Below, piece by piece: positions 52,246 to 58,969 of a stretch of DNA of 58,969 nucleotides. Every line of letters starts with the position of its first letter. Positions within the stretch are counted from its first letter, which is position 1. The translations under genes were made by a program, and so were the position numbers. Under the pieces are notes generated by a model that was given only the letters and a program-made list of their open reading frames with translations, was not told the DNA's origin and ran no database searches. This DNA comes from Propionibacteriaceae bacterium (lineage in GTDB: Bacteria > Actinomycetota > Actinomycetes > Propionibacteriales > Propionibacteriaceae), in NCBI GenBank assembly GCA_031272805.1, contig JAISTC010000029.1, forward strand, positions 1 to 58,969. Reading direction: 5' to 3'.

Positions 52246-52674
52246 CTAGTCGTCGTCGCGTTCGGTGGCGGAGTCGATGATGTGCATGGCGGCTTCCTCC
52301 GCGCTGGCGCCGCCACCGTCGATGCCGACTTCCTCGGCCAAGGTGTCGGGGGACGGGTCGTAGCCCGTGCCGCTGACGGCCACCAGGCGGCCCGCACGGC
52401 GGCCGCCGACCTGGGATTCCTGGCCCGGCTCGGGGCGCCAGCGCGGGCGCTCCTCCGTCGGCTCGGGGACTTCCGCCGCGACCTGGCGGTCGATCGACTC
52501 GCCCTGGCGCATCTCGGCCGCCGTGTTGCCGTAGGTCTGGAGCACCGACCAGTTGTCGGGCGCGATGAAGCCCTCGTCCAGCACGTCGCCGACGCCGCGG
52601 TCGATCAGCGTCGCGTCGGGCTGGAGCTGGTCCAGTTGTTCGGACGAATCCGGGACGAATGCTTCTTCGCTCAT
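52246..52674 (-). CDS. DUF5709-like acidic protein, 142 aa
   Basis: MSEEAFVPDSSEQLDQLQPDATLIDRGVGDVLDEGFIAPD... Acidic, with an actinobacterial DUF5709-type pattern. The track ORF 52246..53052 was trimmed. Confidence 0.65.
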   Translation of the reverse strand: MSEEAFVPDSSEQLDQLQPDATLIDRGVGDVLDEGFIAPDNWSVLQTYGNTAAEMRQGESIDRQVAAEVPEPTEERPRWRPEPGQESQVGGRRAGRLVAVSGTGYDPSPDTLAEEVGIDGGGASAEEAAMHIIDSATERDDD

Positions 52675-52993
52675 GCTCCGATCCTGCCACAACGGGGCCC
52701 TTGTCTCCAGAGCCACACACGAGGGATTACCACCACCCATGGACCGGGAGAGGACCATGACCAGGCTGACCCTCAGCCCGCGCCCGGCCCACCCAACCGG
52801 CGCTTGCCCCCGCCCAACGGCACCTCCCAACCGACCCAACCACGGTTGGCGACCGCCCCGCAGGCTGAGGCGCGCAGGGATGGCGCACTCGCCGCCCGCA
52901 GCGCCGCCGCCGCCCAACTCGGCCACAGCGTGACGGTTCGGCGGCCGAGGACGGCGAGTGCGTCGTGCCTGTGCGCCGACCCACAGACCAACC

Positions 52994-53060
52994 CGGCGAG
53001 CGTAGCGAGCGAACTCGCCAAGGCGGGGGAGCCTGACACCTCGGCCTGACACCTCGGCCT
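52994..53060. repeat. Degenerate REP-like fragment with a 13-nt tandem duplication (GCCTGACACCTCG x2)
   Basis: GGCGAGCGTAGCGAGCGAAC resembles the ACGGAGCGAGGAACGAGCGAC loop. GCCTGACACC resembles the REP arm. Confidence 0.35.
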
Positions 53061-53079
53061 CTCAACTATCATTCGGGCC

Positions 53080-53745
53080 GTGTCTCAACAACATCGGTAT
53101 GCGGATGTGATTGTCGCCACGTTCTGCGGCTGCCTGCTGTTGGCCAATGTGGCCGCGACGAAGCTGATCCAGGTCGGGCCGGAGTGGACGCCGCTCGGGC
53201 TGCATCTACTCCCGCTCGTGTTCGACGGCGGCGCGCTGCTGTTCCCCGTGACGTACATCCTCGGCGACGTGCTGGCAGAGGTGTACGGCTTCCGGCAGGC
53301 GCAACGGGCGATCGTGACGGGGTTCATCCTGTCGGCCGTGGCGGCGCTGTCGTTCTGGGCGGTGGACTCCGCGCCGCCCGCGGCAGACTGGGAGAACCAG
53401 GCCGCGTGGCACGCCGTGCTGGGCTTCGTGCCGCGCATCTGCGCCGCGTCGCTGGTCGGGTACCTCGTCGGGCAGCTCATCAACGCGCGCGTGCTCGTGT
53501 GGCTGCGCGACCGGGCGCGGCCGGGGTCGCTGTGGAGCCGGCTGCTCGGGTCGACCGTCGCCGGCGGGGCCGCGGACACGATCCTGTTCTGCGGCATCTC
53601 GTATATCGGCGTGGTCGGGTTCGGCACGTTGGCCAACTACATCGTGGTCGGGTATGCGTACAAGTTGGGCGTGGAAGCTGTGTTGTTGCCTGTGACGATG
53701 CGCGTGATTCGATTTGTCAAGCGGAAGGAAGGCGTGACGGTGTGA
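53080..53745 (+). CDS. yhhQ: Queuosine-precursor transporter (YhhQ/DUF165, VUT family)
   Basis: ...VFDGGALLFPVTYILGDVLAEVYGF..., six hydrophobic segments, 221 aa. GTG start, with an alternative GTG 8 codons downstream. Confidence 0.88.
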   Translation: MSQQHRYADVIVATFCGCLLLANVAATKLIQVGPEWTPLGLHLLPLVFDGGALLFPVTYILGDVLAEVYGFRQAQRAIVTGFILSAVAALSFWAVDSAPPAADWENQAAWHAVLGFVPRICAASLVGYLVGQLINARVLVWLRDRARPGSLWSRLLGSTVAGGAADTILFCGISYIGVVGFGTLANYIVVGYAYKLGVEAVLLPVTMRVIRFVKRKEGVTV

Positions 53746-53759
53746 CAGCAGGGGCGAGA

Positions 53760-53905
53760 AGGCCACGGTGTCAGGCCCCCTGGCTGTCGCTCGTTCCTCG
53801 CTCCGTAGCCAGGGTGCCCGACCCCCTGGCCTTCTCGTTCCTCGCTCCGTAGCCAGGGTGCCCGACCCCCTGGCCTTGCGACCCCCTGGCCTCCCGACCC
53901 CTGGG
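53760..53905. repeat. REP-like family-1 cluster filling the gap between convergent yhhQ and the TPM gene
   Basis: GGCCACGGTGTCAGGCCCCCTGGCTGTCGCTCGTTCCTCGCTCCGTAGCCAGGGTGCCCGACCCCCTGGCC, plus a shortened copy and CCCCTGGCC tails. Confidence 0.9.
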
Positions 53906-53907
53906 CT

Positions 53908-54807
53908 TTAGAACTTGCCGCCGGAGTGGCCGCCGAAGCCGCCGCCTCCGCCTCCGCCACCGCCGAAGCCGCGACCGCCGTCTTCGTGGCGCGGGAGGGG
54001 GATGACGGCGGTGTGCGTCGACACGAACTGGTCTTCCTTGACCGTGAAGTGCAGGCTGCCCTTGGCCTGGTAGGCCAACGCGTCACGTTCGGGCCGCGCG
54101 GTCTTCAGGCCGCGCTTCCAGACTCCGACCGTGATGCCCGCGGCGATCAGCCCGATGCCGCCGCCGATGGCGCCGGACATGAGGACCGGGTGGGACCGGA
54201 AGCCCGCCTCGCCCGGGGTATTGGATGTGGCCAGGGCGTTGGTGGCCAGGTCGAGGTAGCGGTCGCAGGCGCCCGCGTAGTCGCCCGCCGACAGCCACTG
54301 GGCGACGGACGAGGCAATCGAGGCGCGCTCGTTGTTCGTCACCAAGCGTTGGCTGTAGGTCGTGTAGACGTCGTAGTCGCGGGACTGGATGGCGACGAGG
54401 AGGACCATCCCGTAGCTGCTGTAGCCCTGCTGTTCGTACCACTGCTCGTTGGCGCTGGCCGCGCTCTGGCCGCCCGGCGGGGAGTCGATCGTGTGGATGA
54501 CGACGTCGAAGTCGTACTGGGACTGGAGCGCCGCGGCCCGAGCCTCCAAGCTCGCCTCCTCCGAGGCGGTCAGCAGGTCGGCTTCGTCCACCACCAAGGG
54601 TGGGGCCGCGTTGGCCTTCAGCGGGAACAGGGCCCAGAACAAGCCGATGATGACCCACGCGGCCAGGAGCGCCGCGATCAGCCAGCCGGCCCGCGTGACC
54701 TTGTCCTTCCATGTCCCCGAGCGGTCGAACAGGGAGTCGCGGTCCGCGTGACCGGTCTGTCCCTTCTGTGGCTTCTGGCCCGTCGGGCCGGGTCGCGGCG
54801 CGCTCAC
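53908..54807 (-). CDS. TPM-domain membrane protein (YgcG/YdjH-like), 299 aa
   Basis: A TM helix, then a TPM-like region (LVVDEADLLTASEEASLEARAAAL...FDVVIHTI...GMVLLVAIQSRDYDVY), a second TM helix and a Gly-rich tail. GTG start at 54807 in a GTGA overlap with the upstream stop. Confidence 0.8.
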   Translation of the reverse strand: MSAPRPGPTGQKPQKGQTGHADRDSLFDRSGTWKDKVTRAGWLIAALLAAWVIIGLFWALFPLKANAAPPLVVDEADLLTASEEASLEARAAALQSQYDFDVVIHTIDSPPGGQSAASANEQWYEQQGYSSYGMVLLVAIQSRDYDVYTTYSQRLVTNNERASIASSVAQWLSAGDYAGACDRYLDLATNALATSNTPGEAGFRSHPVLMSGAIGGGIGLIAAGITVGVWKRGLKTARPERDALAYQAKGSLHFTVKEDQFVSTHTAVIPLPRHEDGGRGFGGGGGGGGGFGGHSGGKF

Positions 54808-55985
54808 ACCACACCGCCCAGAAACAGGTACGCCACCACGCTCGCGACCAGCCCGATGCCCGCGAACAGGCCGGCGAACCAACCCCAGAAGCGGCCCCAG
54901 CTCGTCGGCAGCTCGCCGACGAACTCGCCGGTCTGGCCGTTCATGGCGAAGGTATAGGTCTTGTCGCGGTAGATCGTGTTGAGCAGCCAGACGGGCAGGA
55001 GCGCGTAGTGGACCTGCTCGGCCCGGACGCCGATGCGCTCGCCCGTGACCGTGAACGTCGTGTAGTCGCGGACTGACGCGGCGAACGAGTCGCGCAGCGC
55101 GACCTCCATCCGCTGGTGGGCGCGCGGGCGGCAGTCGTCGGCCGTGTCGTCGTAGGTCTGGGCGAGGTAGCCGAGGAGGTAGGTCGGCTGGTAGGCCACG
55201 GCGGCCCGGTAGTCGAACGGCTCGATCGCCTCCGTGTAGCGGTTGTCGATCTTGGTCGCCGCGTCGACGGGCACGCGCTCGTAGACGACGGTCCCGGCGC
55301 GGCGGACGCGGAATGTGTCGGTCTTCGTGTACTGGTTGCGCGTGTCCGTCCAGGTCGACACGCGCGTGGCGCGGAACTGGATGTCGGCCGCCAACTGGGT
55401 GTCGAACAGCCAGAACGGCACGTAGATCCCCGTAACGGAGTCGATCTTGGCCTGGGAGCGGAACAGCTTCGGCGCCAGGCGCTTGGTCTTGACGTGGGCG
55501 GTCAACGCCTCCGTCACCTGCTCCTTCGTCACCTTGAACGGCAGGACGGCGTCGGGCTTGCGCGCGCCCGTCAACTGGCTCGGCAGGATGGTCGGCGAGT
55601 CGCAGTAGGGGCAGTGGGTCGCGGCCGTGGACTTGTCGGTCAGGATTTCGCCGCCGCAACTCGGGCACGTGTACTGGCGCAGTTCCGCCAGTTCCGCCTC
55701 AGTGAAGCCGGTCTCCTGGATGACCGTCGGCTGGGCTTCCGGCTGGGCGGCCACAGCGGCGTCGGCGCCGAACGACGCCGGGTCGAACAAGGAGCCGCAG
55801 TAGCCGCACTTCATCTGCCCCGAGGGCGCGTCGAACGTGACGACGCCGCCACACTTGGGGCACTTGTACTCGACGACGCTGCTGGCCCGCGCCCCCACCC
55901 GGCCGACCGGGGTCGCCGGGGCGTCGGCGGGGCCGGGGGGCGGGGGCGCGGAAGCGGGTTCGGCCGCGGCGTCGAGGGCGGACAT
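54804..55985 (-). CDS. Double zinc-ribbon protein with C-terminal TM helix (YdjG-like)
   Basis: CPKCGG...CGYCG and CPSCGG...CPYCDS ribbons, then a roughly 230-aa beta-rich domain and a terminal TM helix. 393 aa. Confidence 0.8.
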   Translation of the reverse strand: MSALDAAAEPASAPPPPGPADAPATPVGRVGARASSVVEYKCPKCGGVVTFDAPSGQMKCGYCGSLFDPASFGADAAVAAQPEAQPTVIQETGFTEAELAELRQYTCPSCGGEILTDKSTAATHCPYCDSPTILPSQLTGARKPDAVLPFKVTKEQVTEALTAHVKTKRLAPKLFRSQAKIDSVTGIYVPFWLFDTQLAADIQFRATRVSTWTDTRNQYTKTDTFRVRRAGTVVYERVPVDAATKIDNRYTEAIEPFDYRAAVAYQPTYLLGYLAQTYDDTADDCRPRAHQRMEVALRDSFAASVRDYTTFTVTGERIGVRAEQVHYALLPVWLLNTIYRDKTYTFAMNGQTGEFVGELPTSWGRFWGWFAGLFAGIGLVASVVAYLFLGGVV

Positions 55986-55994
55986 GGGCGGGGT

Positions 55995-57281
55995 CTACGA
56001 GCGGGCGTCCGCGGCGTCGAACGGATCGCCGCAGTTGGCGCAGAACTTCGGCGGGTTGGCCGGGTCCGGCGGCGCCCAGCCGCACTTGTCGCAGACGTAC
56101 GTCACGCTGCCCGCCGGCCGGGCGGTGCCGCAATTGGTGCAGAACTTGCCCGTGTTCTGGGTCCCGCACTGCGGGCACGCCCAGGTCGCCGCAGCGGCGG
56201 CCGGCGCCGTCACGCCGGGAGCAGGGGCGGCGGGAGCGGCAGCGGCAGCGGCTGGGGCGGCGGCTGCCGCCTTCTGGGCGCCCAGGGCGAACAGGTCGCC
56301 CGCGTTGACGCCGCCGGCCTGCTGCGCCATGCCGAGGCCGGCGTAGCCGATCATGGCGCCGCCCGCGTTGGCCGCCGCGGCGCGCATCGCGTCCGCCTGG
56401 GCCGACACGATCGTGGCCGCCGCCATCGACGGGTCGCGCATGACCGCCCCGGCCTGGAGCTTCTTGATCATCTCCTCGTCCTCCGGCGACGCCGTGGCCG
56501 AGTTGATGGCGACCGACGAGAGCGTGATCCCGCGGGCCTGGGCCCACTGCTGGTTGAGCACGTCGTTGAGGGCCTGCTGGATCTCGGGACCGTGGCCGGG
56601 CAAGGCCGAATAGCGGATGCCCAGCTCGGAGATCTGGGCCAGCGCCGGCTGGAGCGCCGCCAGCAGCTCCGCCTTGAGCTGGCCGTCGAGCTGGTCGCGC
56701 CGGTACTCCCCGGCCACGTTGCCCGCCACGTTCGTGTAGAACAGGATCGGGTCGGTCAAGCGGTAGGAGTAGACGCCGTTGACGCGGATGGCGATGTCGA
56801 CGTCGAGGCCGATGTTCTGGTCGACGACGCGGAACGGGATGGGGTTGGCCGTGCCGAACTTGTTGCCCGTGATCTCCTTCGTGTTGAAGTAGTAGACCCG
56901 CTGGTCGACGCCCGGCTCGCCGCCGAACGCCAGCCGCTGGGCCAGACGCTCGAACGTGGCGCGCAGGTTGGCGCCGAAGTCGCCGTAGAAGATCGACGGC
57001 TCGGCCGACGTGTCCCACGTGAAGTCGCCCGGCTCGGCGCACACCTCGATGACGAGGCCCTGCTGGACGATGATGGCGCACTGGCCCTGATTGACGACCA
57101 CGACGGAGCCGTTGGAAATGACGTTGTCGTCGCCCTTCGTGTTGGAGCTGCGCGAGCCCGCCCGCTTCTGGCCCTTGGTCAGGAGCACCGCCGGGTCGAG
57201 GGAGTCGCAGTAGAAATAGTCACGCCAGGAGTCGGCCAGGATGCCGCCGAGGGCACCGGTCGCGGCTTTGATGAGGCCCAT
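55995..57281 (-). CDS. SPFH/band-7-like 'virion core protein-like' protein (YdjI-like) with C-terminal Ala-rich linker and two zinc ribbons, 428 aa
   Basis: The start is MGLIKAATGALGGILADSWRDYFYCDSL.... The tail is CPQCGTQNTGKFCTNCG...CDKCGW...FCANCG. The ATG at 57281 is preceded by AAGGAAGGG. Confidence 0.85.
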   Translation of the reverse strand: MGLIKAATGALGGILADSWRDYFYCDSLDPAVLLTKGQKRAGSRSSNTKGDDNVISNGSVVVVNQGQCAIIVQQGLVIEVCAEPGDFTWDTSAEPSIFYGDFGANLRATFERLAQRLAFGGEPGVDQRVYYFNTKEITGNKFGTANPIPFRVVDQNIGLDVDIAIRVNGVYSYRLTDPILFYTNVAGNVAGEYRRDQLDGQLKAELLAALQPALAQISELGIRYSALPGHGPEIQQALNDVLNQQWAQARGITLSSVAINSATASPEDEEMIKKLQAGAVMRDPSMAAATIVSAQADAMRAAAANAGGAMIGYAGLGMAQQAGGVNAGDLFALGAQKAAAAAPAAAAAAPAAPAPGVTAPAAAAATWACPQCGTQNTGKFCTNCGTARPAGSVTYVCDKCGWAPPDPANPPKFCANCGDPFDAADARS

Positions 57282-57415
57282 TGAAATAACCCTTCCTTGG
57301 GGGAGCGTCGGCGGGAGCGCGCGGACGCGATGCGGACGCGAATCAGTGTAGTGGGTCACGCGGGGGCCGGGTCGGCGTCACGGCCCGCGGCCCGGGCGGT
57401 CCCCGGCCGGCCCGT

Positions 57416-58672
57416 TCAGCCTAGCAATCCGGCTTGTTGTTTGGCCGTCACGATCCGGGCCACGGCCGCGTCCACCTGGGCGGCGAACGCCGGGTCGGCG
57501 GCCATCTCGGCGGTCAGGGCCGACCAGGCCTCCTGGACCTCGGCCGCGGTCTCGAAAATCGCGATGTCGCCCCCGGCGCGGACGAACTGGACGGCCCGCT
57601 CCCCCGCCGTCAACACGGTGGCCGCCTGGGCGGACAGGGAGTCCGAGATGACGACGCCGGTCCAGCCGAGGCGGCCGCGCAACAGGTCCGTGATGACGGC
57701 CGGGGAGAAGGCCGCCTGGTGGTCGGGATCGATCTGCGTGTAGTAGGCCAGAGCCACCATGACCATCGCCGGGTGGGCCGCCAGCGCCAGCGTGTAGGCC
57801 TCGAAGTTGGGGTCGTCGGTAGTCGTGGCGTCGTCCACGATGCCCTCGGATGTGAAATCTGTATTGCCCGTGACGCGGCCCAGGCCGGGGAAGTGCTTGA
57901 CGGCGGTCGCCACGCCCGCCTCGGCCATGCCCGTGACGAACGCGGCGGCCGACCGGCCGGCCGAGGCCGGGTCCGACGCGAACTCGCGGTCGAGTTGGCC
58001 GATGGGCGCGTTGGCGTACTTGAACGCCGCGTCGACCACGTCGGCGACGGGCGCGAGGTCGAGGTTGACCCCGGCGGCCTTGAGTTCGGCGCCCCAGCCC
58101 GCGGCGGCCGTGGCCAGGTCCTCAGGCGCCCACGTGCCCTGGGTCGTGGCGCTCGGGATGGCGGAGAAGCCCGCGCCCTGGAGCCGCTGGACCTGGCCGC
58201 CCTCCTGGTCCGTGGCGATGAACGGGGCCAGGCCGCCGGGGCGCGGCAGGGCGTTGACCTGCGCGGCGGCGGACTGGGCGGTCTCCAGGGACCAGCCGGT
58301 GCCGAGGAGGAGGACGCTGCCGACGTGGGCGCCGGCCAGCACCGGGTCGGCGGCGGCCGTCGGGTCGAACAGGGCCAGCATGAGGAGTTGCCCGGCCTTC
58401 TCCTCGGCCGTCAGCTGTCCCACCGCCACCTCCGTCACGCTGGGCGCCGGCGACGGCGAGGGGCTCGGACTGGGGCTGGACGACGGGCTGGGGGTAGCCA
58501 GAGTCGAGCTGGCCGCCGGGCTCGGCGACGGCGTGACCCCTCCCCCCTGGCCGCACCCGGCCAGGGCGAGCAGGGCGGCCCCGGCCCAGCAGGCGGCCGG
58601 GCCGACGCGGCGCCGCGTTCGGCTGGTTCGGCTGGTTCGGCTGGTTCGACAGGTTCGACTGGTTCCACGCAT
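57416..58672 (-). CDS. Glycoside hydrolase family 3 lipoprotein (NagZ-like beta-N-acetylhexosaminidase)
   Basis: Arg-rich n-region plus lipobox LALAGC, a Ser/Pro linker, and the GH3 motifs ...DQEGGQVQRL... and KHFPGLG. The track ORF was trimmed to ATG 58672. Confidence 0.88.
   Translation of the reverse strand: MRGTSRTCRTSRTSRTSRTRRRVGPAACWAGAALLALAGCGQGGGVTPSPSPAASSTLATPSPSSSPSPSPSPSPAPSVTEVAVGQLTAEEKAGQLLMLALFDPTAAADPVLAGAHVGSVLLLGTGWSLETAQSAAAQVNALPRPGGLAPFIATDQEGGQVQRLQGAGFSAIPSATTQGTWAPEDLATAAAGWGAELKAAGVNLDLAPVADVVDAAFKYANAPIGQLDREFASDPASAGRSAAAFVTGMAEAGVATAVKHFPGLGRVTGNTDFTSEGIVDDATTTDDPNFEAYTLALAAHPAMVMVALAYYTQIDPDHQAAFSPAVITDLLRGRLGWTGVVISDSLSAQAATVLTAGERAVQFVRAGGDIAIFETAAEVQEAWSALTAEMAADPAFAAQVDAAVARIVTAKQQAGLLG
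58621..58665 (-). repeat. Five tandem 9-bp units encoding (TSR)n in the signal-peptide n-region
   Basis: GGCTGGTTC x3, GACAGGTTC and GACTGGTTC. The translation is RTCRTSRTSRTSRT. Confidence 0.75.
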
Positions 58673-58760
58673 GGGCGGAAGTATGCCTTGTCCCGGTGAA
58701 GGCCAGTGAAGCCCGGTCAGCGCCGGCAACCGGCTGGGCGCAGTCGGCCGAATGCCCAAC

Positions 58761-58788
58761 GCCCCTCGTCCCAGAGGGGACGAGGGGC
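58761..58788 (-). terminator. Stem-loop downstream of the hsp20-like gene
   Basis: GCCCCTCGTCCC-AGAG-GGGACGAGGGGC forms a perfect 12-bp stem, 25 nt after the stop at 58814. Confidence 0.55.
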
Positions 58789-58813
58789 GCCGGGATGCGG
58801 TCGGAGTGACCTC

Positions 58814-58969
58814 CTACTCGGACTGGTCGGCCGCGATGCTGCGCGCGGCGCCGCCGGTCTGGACGGCGATCTTGCGCGGCTTGGCCTCCTCGGCGACGGG
58901 GATCGTCAGCGTCAGGACGCCGTCCGTGTAATCGGCCGTGATGTGGGCCACGTCGAGGCCCGTGCCGAG
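58814..58969 (-). CDS. Hsp20/alpha-crystallin family protein, C-terminal 51 aa only (truncated by the window edge)
   Basis: My own translation gives [40 protein letters not shown]... The GVLTL.IP motif is typical of small HSPs. Confidence 0.8.
   Translation of the reverse strand, partial: LGTGLDVAHITADYTDGVLTLTIPVAEEAKPRKIAVQTGGAARSIAADQSE

Noticed and set aside
52990-53079. preQ1 riboswitch upstream of yhhQ.
   Set aside because: There is no short P1 hairpin followed by an A-rich tail ending in ACUAGG-like sequence. The region instead contains a direct (not inverted) 13-nt duplication.

Overview
High-GC (hand estimate about 70%) Actinomycetota-type chromosomal segment, coded almost entirely on the minus strand.

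Left third:
- A toxin-antitoxin patch: VapBC-like pair, orphan RHH antitoxin, DUF1778/GNAT TacAT-like pair.
- YbaK.
- Core genes nnr-acpS, glmS, coaA and glmM-rpsI-rplM.
- A 1602-aa LAxTG-anchored surface protein with two long in-frame tandem-repeat linkers.
- The era-CorC-ybeY-phoH operon.

Middle:
- A circularly-permuted ATP-grasp / alpha-E / transglutaminase triad.
- A lower-GC accessory patch bounded by repeat arrays. It holds a DUF4143 AAA ATPase, a 525-aa HNH+TIR+DUF6273-like fusion protein, a serine-recombinase HTH remnant and a small HTH gene.
- The HNH-TIR-DUF6273 gene is my best candidate for an undescribed (defence-type) system.

Right half:
- A roughly 20-kb butyrate-fermentation supercluster. 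It has two thiolases, hbd, crt, two butyryl-CoA-dehydrogenase paralogues, etfBA-fixCX, a Pct-like CoA-transferase and abfT-NifU-like-abfD. Three membrane-associated genes are embedded in it.
- A divergent GAF/PucR regulator, DUF2130, DUF5709 and YhhQ.
- An SPFH / zinc-ribbon / TPM module (YdjI/G/H-like).
- A GH3 lipoprotein and a partial Hsp20.

Two interspersed repeat families are prominent:
- A roughly 70-nt REP-like hairpin at 8 loci, mostly just after stop codons. One cluster is translated in frame inside nnr.
- A GTCATCC...GGATC hairpin family that forms large nested palindromes.

No rRNA, tRNA or CRISPR array was recognised.

Gene starts were obtained by trimming track ORFs to the first start codon consistent with a known N-terminus and/or an SD-like motif, so they are inferences. 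All family names come from my reading of the translations, not from searches.
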